From the NCBI GenBank assembly GCA_015659815.1, contig DQME01000184.1, positions 1-52,147 on the forward strand: a stretch of 52,147 nt of DNA, in the 5' to 3' direction. The notes beneath the pieces are model-generated. The model was given only the letters and a program-made list of their open reading frames with translations. It did not search any database and was not told the origin of the DNA. Shown here piece by piece: positions 30,132-38,738 of this stretch. The stretch's first letter is position 1, and each line of letters opens with the position of its first letter. The stretch is from Gammaproteobacteria bacterium (GTDB lineage: Bacteria; Pseudomonadota; Gammaproteobacteria; PS1; Pseudothioglobaceae). The translations under genes and the position numbers were made by a program.

Positions 30132-31465
30132 TACTTGTAACTTGACTTAAGCTTAATTAAAACTGAACTGAAGCCTACAAAAGCTATAGCTGCATTCAGG
30201 TAAAGAATATACTCACTGTTAACGTTGAGTGATGCTACAGAGGCTGTTATCATTAAAAAAACTAGCATCAGTGAATTTTGTAGCCAATTCTTTCCAGCCA
30301 AAACGCTTCCTAATTTATCCAGCTCGGTGTTGTCTTGTATAAGCGCATTGAATGGCACTATAGACATTCCTGCGCCCAGTCCAAATAGAAAAATATCACT
30401 TGCAACCATCAACAATATCAGCTTTACAGGCTCACCCATTCCAATTTCAACATAGTTGCTTGTTAGCACATCTGACAAAGAAAGAAGGGGCAGCAGGGTT
30501 GATGCTATAACTATCAATGTTGACCCTATATAAATATTGTTAACTTTAATTGCATTTTGGCTTTTTCGGCCTGATAAATAAGCACCTATCATGATGCCTA
30601 CAATTGATAGTGCCAACATAGCCTGCACCAATAACGGGCTATCGATTCCAAGGTTAACTTTGGCGTGGGCTGGGAATACAGCAATTAAGTTTTGCGATAT
30701 AGCCCAAAACATTGCTGTGCCTAATATCGAATACCATGTCACCTTGTTGTCTTGTAATTTATGTATATTTTTTCTAAAGTAATGTCCTGTTACAATCTTT
30801 CTAATAGATAACGCTGCAGTAGAAAATTTAGTTTCATAAAAACGGATACCAAAAGTGGCAAGCCACTCAAACACTGACATAGCAACCAAAAGCCACCCAA
30901 CTGGAGCCACTAATAGTACTATATCTTCAGGTGTGGAGTATTGTTGAGAGTCTAAATAGGATTCGAATAAATATGAAAAGAACACGGTACCCAACAAAAT
31001 AGAGGTCAGGGTTATCGCCATTACATAAGCGTTACCAACACTCAAACCTTTTTTTCCTAAGCACTCTTTAATATAGCCGTATTTAGCTGGCGAATAAATA
31101 GCACTTTGTATGGCAATCAACAACGTGAAGCCAAACGCCAAAACATATTCTCCTTGATAGTATGAGTAAGTTATGCCAAGGGTAATCAAAACCGCTGCAA
31201 AAGCACTCCAGCGCATAATTGTTGGCTTAGCAAATCTATCTGACAGGTATCCAGACAAAGTAAAAAACAAGACAAAAGGCAACAACACTAAACCATTAAC
31301 TAGTGTTGTTAATATGATTTGTGTTTGTTCATCATAAATTTTAAATATAGTGTTTTGTATTGTGATCTTGTGCCCTAAATCTACAAAGGCGTTAATAAAC
31401 AAAACAACTAAATAAATTGAAAAAACTCCCGACCTCTCCTTAAGAGTAACACTTGGATTTGTCAT
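30131..31465 (-). CDS. MFS transporter, LplT-like (lysophospholipid transporter) by context
   Basis: 444-aa 12-TM MFS protein, translationally coupled to an acyltransferase as in lplT-aas modules. Confidence 0.6.
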   Translation of the reverse strand: MTNPSVTLKERSGVFSIYLVVLFINAFVDLGHKITIQNTIFKIYDEQTQIILTTLVNGLVLLPFVLFFTLSGYLSDRFAKPTIMRWSAFAAVLITLGITYSYYQGEYVLAFGFTLLIAIQSAIYSPAKYGYIKECLGKKGLSVGNAYVMAITLTSILLGTVFFSYLFESYLDSQQYSTPEDIVLLVAPVGWLLVAMSVFEWLATFGIRFYETKFSTAALSIRKIVTGHYFRKNIHKLQDNKVTWYSILGTAMFWAISQNLIAVFPAHAKVNLGIDSPLLVQAMLALSIVGIMIGAYLSGRKSQNAIKVNNIYIGSTLIVIASTLLPLLSLSDVLTSNYVEIGMGEPVKLILLMVASDIFLFGLGAGMSIVPFNALIQDNTELDKLGSVLAGKNWLQNSLMLVFLMITASVASLNVNSEYILYLNAAIAFVGFSSVLIKLKSSYK

Positions 31466-31587
31466 AATTCTGTAAGCATTTAAATTTAATCATCCGTATT
31501 ATGACAGAATATATATCGCCTTAAATAATAATCTTATTTTGTAATTTCCAGAAACACAATCCTGATAATTAGGTGTAAAAATAATTA

Positions 31588-31616
31588 TTGACAATAATCT
31601 ATTTATAAAATAATAT
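31588..31616 (+). promoter_or_regulatory. Sigma-70-type promoter candidate for the mttB-family gene
   Basis: TTGACA (31588-31593), a 17-nt spacer, then TAATAT (31611-31616). About 60 nt upstream of the ATG at 31676. Confidence 0.4.
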
Positions 31617-31628
31617 GATTGCCATATT

Positions 31629-31646
31629 ATTGACTATTTAGTCAAT
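31629..31646. promoter_or_regulatory. Perfect 8-2-8 palindrome ATTGACTA-TT-TAGTCAAT, operator candidate
   Basis: Arms checked base by base. Begins 13 nt after the candidate -10 hexamer ends. Confidence 0.3.
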
Positions 31647-31675
31647 CTAATTAATTGTTCACGGAGGCTTGTCTA

Positions 31676-33214
31676 ATGTCGGCAAAAAGAGGTAAAAGAA
31701 ATGGTGGCAGGGCAGCAAAAATTGCTCACAGAAAGAAGACATCTCAAATAGAAGCGCCTAAATTTTTAACTCGCAATATTCCTTGCTATGATTTACTAAA
31801 TGAAGATGAGTTGGTTCGTATCGAAGACCATGCTGAATGGATACTTAAAGAGAAAGGTATTGAGTTTTGGGATGATGATGAAACTCTAGAGCTGTTCAAG
31901 GGGGCTGGTGCAACAGTTAAAAAAAATACAGTATTTTTTGATAAAGGGCATGCAAGAGACTTATGTAAAACAGCCCCGAGAGAGTTCGAAATGCATGCAA
32001 GAAACTCTAAAAGATCAACTATTTTTGGTGGTAATAGGCTTGTTCTGGGTCCCGCATATGGTTCCCCTTTTGTGTACGACTTAAAGAGAGGAAGAAGACA
32101 GGGAACAATGGAAGATTTTAATAATTTAGTTAAACTTACCCATATGACTCCCTGGCTTCATCACACCAGCGGCACTGTTTGTGAGCCGGTAGACATACCA
32201 GTCAATAAGAGGCACTTAGATATGGTTTACTCCCATATCAAATATTCTGATAAACCTTTTATGGGTTCTGTCACTGCCACTGAGCGTGCTGAGGACTCAA
32301 TAAAAATGGCCCGTATTGTTTTTGGTGAAGAGTTCATGAATTCAAACTGTGTAATTCAGGGAAACATAAACGTTAATTCGCCCCTAGTTTATGACAACAC
32401 CATGACTGGAGCATTGAAGACATACGCTAGAGCAAACCAAGGTGTTGTAATCACTCCGTTCATTCTTGGTGGGGCAATGTCTCCGGTGACCATGCCTGCA
32501 GCAATTGCCCAAGCACATGCTGAAACTATGGTAGGTGTCGCTTTAACACAACTAATTCGTCCAGGTTCTAGTGCTGTGTATGGTAATTTTTTAACAACGA
32601 TGGACCTCAAGTCTGGTGCTCCGACATTTGGTACACCAGAATCTTCACTAGCCACGCTCGCGGTTGGACAGATTGCAAGAAGGCTGGGGCTCCCTTTTAG
32701 AGCTGGGGGCCATTACACAGCCTCAAAAGTTACTGATGCGCAATCAATGCAGGAGTCTGCTGACTCAATGTATCCAGCTTTTCTGGCGGGAGCTAACTTT
32801 ATACATCAGGCAGCAGGATGGTTAGAGGGAGGACTGGTGGTTGGCTATGAGAAATTTATTATTGATTCTGAGCGCCTAGGCATCCTGCACAGAATAGGGG
32901 AAGGCATGACTATCGATGAAAACACTCTTGCTTATAGTGCTTATCGTGAAAACTCACCTGGAGAGAATTTTTTAGGAACACAGCATACTATTGAAAACTT
33001 TGAAAATGCTAACTTTCGTTGTGAAATGGCTGACAACAATTCTTTTGAGCAGTGGGCTGAGGACGGCTCTAAAAACTCTGAGCAGCGAGCATATGAGCGC
33101 TGGAATCAGATGCTAGAGGAGTACGTTGAGCCACCTTTAGATGAGTCAATAGATGAAGAGTTGATTGACTTTATAGCCAAAAAGAAAGAGGGTATGGCAG
33201 ATGAATGGTATTGA
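31676..33214 (+). CDS. MttB-superfamily (trimethylamine methyltransferase family) protein, non-pyrrolysine type; probable quaternary-amine (glycine betaine-type) methyltransferase
   Basis: I prefer the ATG at 31676 (GGAGG 8 nt upstream) over the ORF-track TTG at 31655. The basic N-terminus KRGKRNGGRAAKIAHRK and the about 510-aa length are typical of marine MttB homologues. No in-frame TAG. Confidence 0.85.
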   Translation: MSAKRGKRNGGRAAKIAHRKKTSQIEAPKFLTRNIPCYDLLNEDELVRIEDHAEWILKEKGIEFWDDDETLELFKGAGATVKKNTVFFDKGHARDLCKTAPREFEMHARNSKRSTIFGGNRLVLGPAYGSPFVYDLKRGRRQGTMEDFNNLVKLTHMTPWLHHTSGTVCEPVDIPVNKRHLDMVYSHIKYSDKPFMGSVTATERAEDSIKMARIVFGEEFMNSNCVIQGNINVNSPLVYDNTMTGALKTYARANQGVVITPFILGGAMSPVTMPAAIAQAHAETMVGVALTQLIRPGSSAVYGNFLTTMDLKSGAPTFGTPESSLATLAVGQIARRLGLPFRAGGHYTASKVTDAQSMQESADSMYPAFLAGANFIHQAAGWLEGGLVVGYEKFIIDSERLGILHRIGEGMTIDENTLAYSAYRENSPGENFLGTQHTIENFENANFRCEMADNNSFEQWAEDGSKNSEQRAYERWNQMLEEYVEPPLDESIDEELIDFIAKKKEGMADEWY

Positions 33215-33281
33215 GCTTGTATTTGATTCTTTTTTGAATTAACATTTTAGTTTTGGTTGTTTATATATTTAGGAATCCATT

Positions 33282-35696
33282 ATGAAAGATAATGCAAGAG
33301 TTGTTGTTATCGGGGGTGGTGTAGTTGGCTGTTCAATTCTATTTCACCTCGCTAAGATGGGTTGGAAAGATGTCGTTTTACTTGAAAGGAATGAACTAAC
33401 TTCTGGCTCAAGCTGGCATGCTGCCGGTTCATTTCATACAGTGAGTTCTGACCCTAATGTTTCTAAACTTCAAGATTACACAATCAGCCTTTATAAAGAA
33501 ATTGAAGAAACCTCTGGCCATTCAATCAGTATGCACAAAACAGGAGGCTATTACTTAGCCTCAAACCAGAATTGGCATGACTATCTAAAGCGAGAACGCT
33601 CTAATGCAAGATCATTAGGCTTGAATCAAGAGTTTGTGTCTCTAGATGAGGTTGTCGAAAAGCATCCATTAATCAATCCTGATCATTACGTTGCCGCTCT
33701 TTGGGATCCATCTGATGGCGATATTGATCCTTCAGGAGTTGTTTACGCATATGCAAAATCGGCTCGTGTACATGGGGCTGAGTTTTATACTCACACTCCA
33801 GTCATTGAAACCAACCAGCGACCTGACGGTTCTTGGGATGTTGTTACTGAGAAAGGCAATATTCATGCAGAGTACATAGTTAATGCTGGCGGTCTTTGGG
33901 CGCGTGAAGTTGGTCGTATGTCTGGAATTCATTTACCTGTTGTCCCAATGGAGCACCATTATTTAATTACTGAAGAAATTGAACAAATTGCCAATTTAAC
34001 AGATGGACACCGATTACCAAGTTGTATTGATTTTGAGGCGAATATTTATACTCGTCAAGAAAATACTGGGATGCTGTTGGGGACTTATGAACCCCGATCT
34101 ACACCATGGTCTTTGGACGGCACACCACAAACTTTTGGGCATGATCTACTTGAGCCAGATTTGGATCGTATTGCGGATCGATTGGAGCTAGCTTTTGAGC
34201 GTATTCCTGCACTAGGAACAGCCGGTATTAAAAATATTATTAATGGGCCATTTGTTTTCTCTCCTGATGGAAATCCAATGGTTGGACCAGTTCCAGGCAT
34301 GAAAAACTACTGGACAGCTGTTGGTGTTATGGCAGGTTTTTGTCAAGCGGGAGGTGTTGGTAAAACGTTGGCTGAATGGATGATTGAAGGAGAACCCTCT
34401 GTGGATGTGTGGGCAATGGATATTGCACGTTTTGGTGATTTTGCAACCCCTGAGTGGGGGGTTATTAAGTCTTCTGAAAATTATGAACGCCGCTTTGTAA
34501 TGACTTTTCCTAATGAGACGCTGCCTAAAGGAAGGCTTCAGAAAACAACGTCAATATACGATCGCCTAACTCAAAAAGGCGCTGTGTGGCAAGATACTTT
34601 TGGTCTTGAAAATGCACTTTGGTTTGCTAACTCTCCAGAGGATGCTTATGAAGAACCAACATTCCACAGATCAAGATCTCATGACTATGTAGCTAAGGAA
34701 GTAGAAGCTGTAAGAGAGTCTGTTGGAGCAATTGAAGTGGCGAACTTTGCTAACCATAAGTTTACGGGTAAGGGAGCTAAAGCCTTTTTAGAGATGGTTC
34801 TTGCGGGCCGCATTCCAAACCAAGGAAGGGTTAATTTATCGCCTATGCTCCTAGAGAGTGGCAAGCTCAATGGAGACTTGACAGTAGCATGTATTGATGA
34901 AGAAACCTATTATTTATTCGGATCCAGCGCCGTTCAAAACATGCATCTTCGATGGTTTGACAAGCACCTTGAGGGAGTTCAAGATGTTGTCTATAAAAAC
35001 ATGACAGATGATTTTCATGGTATTGCAATATCGGGTCCAAAATCTAGGGAATTGTTATCAAAGCTTACCCGAGAAGACGTCAGTTCTGAAGTTTTTAAAT
35101 TCCGAGATATAAGAGATACTTTTATAGGCGGGGTCCCAGCACTATGCGTAAGGATTTCATTTACAGGTGAGCTTGGCTATGAAATTTATGTTGCCCCTCA
35201 GTACCAATTAAAACTCTTTGAGGCGATAGAAGAGGCTGGAGCAGGCCTTGGTCTTAAATGGTTTGGTGGAAGGGCATTAATGTCAATGAGGCTGGAGAAA
35301 AGTTGGGGCGCATGGGCAATGGACTTTAGACCTGACTTTACATTAATGGAATCAGGACTTGATTTTTTTGTGGATTGGAATAAAGAGTTTATCGGTAAAA
35401 AAGCATCCTTAGTAGAGAAAAAGAAGGGTCCAAATAAAAAGCTTTCCGTCATACAAATAGATACCGAAACTGACGTTAGTGGTGATGAGGCTGTAATGCA
35501 TAATGGGGAATGTATTTCCTATATTACTTCTGGAGGGTACGGGCATTCGGTTAAAAAATCTCTTGCGATGACCTATCTTCCAGTTGATTTAATTAACTCC
35601 AATACAAAGCTTGAAGTAGAAATACTGGGTGAGTTTCATAAGGCTAGTGTGGTTGTTGAGCCTCTATATGATCCTAGTGGTTCGAAAATGCGATAA
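33282..35696 (+). CDS. Dimethylglycine/sarcosine dehydrogenase family flavoprotein (FAD domain plus GcvT-like folate domain)
   Basis: VVVIGGGVVGCS dinucleotide fold, GSSWHAAG (covalent-FAD His context) and a C-terminal aminomethyltransferase-like domain. 804 aa. Confidence 0.85.
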   Translation: MKDNARVVVIGGGVVGCSILFHLAKMGWKDVVLLERNELTSGSSWHAAGSFHTVSSDPNVSKLQDYTISLYKEIEETSGHSISMHKTGGYYLASNQNWHDYLKRERSNARSLGLNQEFVSLDEVVEKHPLINPDHYVAALWDPSDGDIDPSGVVYAYAKSARVHGAEFYTHTPVIETNQRPDGSWDVVTEKGNIHAEYIVNAGGLWAREVGRMSGIHLPVVPMEHHYLITEEIEQIANLTDGHRLPSCIDFEANIYTRQENTGMLLGTYEPRSTPWSLDGTPQTFGHDLLEPDLDRIADRLELAFERIPALGTAGIKNIINGPFVFSPDGNPMVGPVPGMKNYWTAVGVMAGFCQAGGVGKTLAEWMIEGEPSVDVWAMDIARFGDFATPEWGVIKSSENYERRFVMTFPNETLPKGRLQKTTSIYDRLTQKGAVWQDTFGLENALWFANSPEDAYEEPTFHRSRSHDYVAKEVEAVRESVGAIEVANFANHKFTGKGAKAFLEMVLAGRIPNQGRVNLSPMLLESGKLNGDLTVACIDEETYYLFGSSAVQNMHLRWFDKHLEGVQDVVYKNMTDDFHGIAISGPKSRELLSKLTREDVSSEVFKFRDIRDTFIGGVPALCVRISFTGELGYEIYVAPQYQLKLFEAIEEAGAGLGLKWFGGRALMSMRLEKSWGAWAMDFRPDFTLMESGLDFFVDWNKEFIGKKASLVEKKKGPNKKLSVIQIDTETDVSGDEAVMHNGECISYITSGGYGHSVKKSLAMTYLPVDLINSNTKLEVEILGEFHKASVVVEPLYDPSGSKMR

Positions 35697-35744
35697 AATT
35701 ATTTTATAAGTAAAGGTAAAGTTTATTTGATTTGAGGGGCGTTC

Positions 35745-37061
35745 ATGAATTTTAGTAACAATAAAAGACACCAACCAAAAATTAAGGTTGGCTCTAGTGA
35801 GGTAGAGGATATTTATAGCCTCAATAAGCATACGCTGGGTCCTGGAAACTTAGCTGAATCAGAATGGAAAGAGGCTGGTTTACCTAGCCCAAATATGACC
35901 AATATACATGAGTACCGATTAAAAAGAGTTCGCGACAAACTCAAGAAATTTGATTGCTCTGGAATTCTGCTCTATGACCCCCTCAACATACGCTATGCAA
36001 CGGATAGTACAAACATGTCGATATGGACATCACACAACGCTACGCGCTACGCATTAGTGATGACAGAAGGACCTGTAATAGTTTTCGAGTTTGACGGGCA
36101 TGAATTTCTATCAAATCATAACTCATTAATAACAGAGGTAAGACCAGCCAAAACCTATTTGTATTTTGCGGCTGGTGAATATAGTAGGAATCGAGCTAAA
36201 ATATGGGGCGATGAGGTTGCAGAAATTGTAGCTAGATACGGCTCTGGAAATAAACGACTGGCGCTAGATCATTGCGCTCCTGAAGGTATTCATGAGTTAC
36301 ATAGCCATGGTCTGGAGCTATTCAATGGTGAAGAGGTGATGGAACTAGCAAGGTTGATTAAGTCAGAAGATGAAATCAACGCTATGAGGCGTTCTATCTA
36401 TGCGTGTGAAAAATCTATAGATACTATGCGTACCTATTTCAAGCCAGGTATTTCGGAGCAAGAGTTATGGGGTCACTTTCAGATGGAGTCAGTCTCTAGA
36501 GGTGCAGAATGGATTGAGACGCGCCTTCTTGCTGCGGGACCTAGAGCTAATCCTTGGTACCAAGAGTGCTCATCACGCCCAATACAGAATGGGGAGCTAA
36601 TGAGTTTTGATACTGATCTGGTTGGTGCATATGGTTACTGTACTGATATGTCTCGCTGCTGGCTGTGTGGCGATGAGGCACCAAACCCAAAACAAAAAGA
36701 TATCTATACAAAGGCCTATGAACAAGTTAAACATAATATTGAGTTATTGCGTCCAGGAATCACTTTTAAGGAGCTTTCATTTTCTTCTAAAGAGTATCCC
36801 AAGGATGAGTTTCGACATTATTCGGTTCAGTACCACGGGGTAGGTCTATGTGACGAATACCCCTGCATACCTTTTACTTGGGAGTGGGACAATAACAGCT
36901 ACGATGGCACAGTCAAGCCCGGTATGGTTTTATGTGTCGAAAGCTATGTCGGTAGGCTTAACGGGGGGCCAGGTGTAAAATTAGAGGAACAAGTTTTAAT
37001 AACTGAAAATGGATATGAATTGTTGACTAGCTATCCCTTTGAATCTAATTTATTGCTATAG
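35745..37061 (+). CDS. dddP: DddP-type dimethylsulfoniopropionate (DMSP) lyase (M24-fold)
   Basis: Long blocks matching characterised DddP as I recall it: DPLNIRYATDSTNM, EWIETRLLAAGPRANPWYQEC, SFDTDLVGAYGYCTDMSRCW, YHGVGLCDEYP and KLEEQVLITENGYELLTSYPF. 438 aa. Confidence 0.8.
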   Translation: MNFSNNKRHQPKIKVGSSEVEDIYSLNKHTLGPGNLAESEWKEAGLPSPNMTNIHEYRLKRVRDKLKKFDCSGILLYDPLNIRYATDSTNMSIWTSHNATRYALVMTEGPVIVFEFDGHEFLSNHNSLITEVRPAKTYLYFAAGEYSRNRAKIWGDEVAEIVARYGSGNKRLALDHCAPEGIHELHSHGLELFNGEEVMELARLIKSEDEINAMRRSIYACEKSIDTMRTYFKPGISEQELWGHFQMESVSRGAEWIETRLLAAGPRANPWYQECSSRPIQNGELMSFDTDLVGAYGYCTDMSRCWLCGDEAPNPKQKDIYTKAYEQVKHNIELLRPGITFKELSFSSKEYPKDEFRHYSVQYHGVGLCDEYPCIPFTWEWDNNSYDGTVKPGMVLCVESYVGRLNGGPGVKLEEQVLITENGYELLTSYPFESNLLL

Positions 37062-37070
37062 TAGTATTCA

Positions 37071-38153
37071 ATGAGTCTAAGAACAATCCCAAAAACAATG
37101 AGTGCAATATTAACTACTGGCCATGGTGGTTTTGAGGTGCTTGAATTTCGTAACGATGTGAAAGTTCCTAAGCCTAAATCAGATCAAGTATTGATTAAAG
37201 TGTTAGGGGCTGGTATCAATAATACAGATATAAATACTCGCACTGCTTGGTATTCAAAATCAGTCACTGGTGAGACTAACTCCAAAGATTCACAAGGCTT
37301 AGATGACGATGGAAGTTGGTCAGGAGAGCCTATTAACTTTCCAATCATTCAGGGTGCTGATTGTTGTGGTGAGATTGTTGCCGTTGGAGATAACGTTGAG
37401 ATTGAACGAATTGGCGAGAGAGTTTTGGTTAGAACAATGCAGCAATATGCAGTGGACTATAGGCCCTATGAGTGCTGGACTATGGGATCAGAGTGTGACG
37501 GTGCTTTTGCACAATATATGGTTGCTTTTAGTGATGAGAGTTTTAAGGTTGAGAGTGATTGGAGTGATACAGAATTAGCATCTATTCCTTGTGCATACTC
37601 TACTGCAGAAAACTTACTGGAACGCTCAGCTGTTAAAGAGAGCGAGATTGTTCTGATAACAGGTGCATCTGGTGGCGTTGGTTCTGCTGCAATCCAACTG
37701 GCAAAAAGACGTGGTGCATCAGTAATTGCTGTAGCTAGCAAAGCAAAGGCTTCTGAAGTAAAAAAAATAGGCGCAGACAAAATCATTAATAGAGAGGACG
37801 GTATAAGATTTTCTATAAATAATGAAAGCGCTGATGTTGTTATTGATTTAGTCGCTGGACAGGAGTGGGGAGAGCTTCTTGACGTTCTAAAAAAAGGAGG
37901 TAGATACGCAGCAGCTGGTGCGATTGCAGGACCAATTGTAGAGCTTGATGTTAGGACACTCTACCTGAAAGACTTGACACTGATGGGCTGTACTTTTCAG
38001 GATAGCCAGGTATTTGAGAATTTGATTGGCTATATCGAAAGAAATGAAATTAAACCTTTGGTTGCGAAGAGGTACCCACTTAAAGAAATTGTGAATGCTC
38101 AAAAAGACTTTTTAGCAAAAAAATATGTAGGAAAGCTGGTTCTCGTGCCTTAA
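37071..38153 (+). CDS. Medium-chain dehydrogenase/reductase (quinone-oxidoreductase-like), NAD(P)H-dependent
   Basis: GroES-like N-domain and cofactor motif ITGASGGVGSAAIQLAKRRGA. 360 aa. Starts 9 nt after dddP. Confidence 0.8.
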   Translation: MSLRTIPKTMSAILTTGHGGFEVLEFRNDVKVPKPKSDQVLIKVLGAGINNTDINTRTAWYSKSVTGETNSKDSQGLDDDGSWSGEPINFPIIQGADCCGEIVAVGDNVEIERIGERVLVRTMQQYAVDYRPYECWTMGSECDGAFAQYMVAFSDESFKVESDWSDTELASIPCAYSTAENLLERSAVKESEIVLITGASGGVGSAAIQLAKRRGASVIAVASKAKASEVKKIGADKIINREDGIRFSINNESADVVIDLVAGQEWGELLDVLKKGGRYAAAGAIAGPIVELDVRTLYLKDLTLMGCTFQDSQVFENLIGYIERNEIKPLVAKRYPLKEIVNAQKDFLAKKYVGKLVLVP

Positions 38154-38228
38154 TAGAATAAATCAATGAAGATTACACTGATTGATGTTTTAGGTAATTC
38201 TGTAAAGATATTTATGCAGGTTATTATA

Positions 38229-38573
38229 TTAAATTGGCCTATTTATACCCATTTGAAACACCAAAAGTAGGCACCCATTTTTGGTATGCGAAGAGTGCAC
38301 ACTGCCGGGCTCAAACGTTATAAAGTCGCCCTTCCTGAATACTGCATTGTCTGAATCTACCAATTCGCCCTCCAGAACTATAAATTCTTCAAAGCCTGTA
38401 TGTTCATGAGGAATAGACTGGGCCCCAGGTTCTAACTTTAATATATAGCTCCCAAAACCTGTATCCTTGTCAAAGCTGACCAGGTGCCAACTCATTTTAT
38501 CAATAATCGATCCATATCTGTCAAAGGGTTTAAATTCAACTTCAAATGGGTTAGTACACTTTCTTTTATCCAT
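38229..38573 (-). CDS. Single-domain cupin protein (ChrR-like/cupin_7 type)
   Basis: Canonical cupin motif 1, G-x5-HEH-x3-E-x6-G (PGAQSIPHEHTGFEEFIVLEG), and motif 2 around PGSVHSSH. I prefer the ATG at 38573 (114 aa) over the ORF-track TTG at 38651. Confidence 0.7.
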   Translation of the reverse strand: MDKRKCTNPFEVEFKPFDRYGSIIDKMSWHLVSFDKDTGFGSYILKLEPGAQSIPHEHTGFEEFIVLEGELVDSDNAVFRKGDFITFEPGSVHSSHTKNGCLLLVFQMGINRPI

Positions 38574-38738
38574 AGTAGTTTGTTTGGTCTTTATTCGAAT
38601 AATTATATGTGGTTGCTTAATCAATATTTTTATAAATATAATTAAAGTCAACCTTTGATTATTATTATTAATATTTAATTATTGAATAATAATAACAAAA
38701 GTGTACAATTTATTTTATTTATTTCTGATACAAACAAT

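Noticed and set aside
31585-31597. TTATTG-N-CAATAA inverted repeat overlapping the mttB -35, with a similar TTATTG-N4-CAATAA at 47464-47479 upstream of gcvP. This could be a shared operator.
   Set aside because: Near-identical A/T palindromes of the TTATTN...NAATAA type also occur upstream of unrelated genes, for example at 20418-20434, 4480-4500 and 38678-38695. The similarity is probably compositional. A genome-wide motif enrichment test would be needed.
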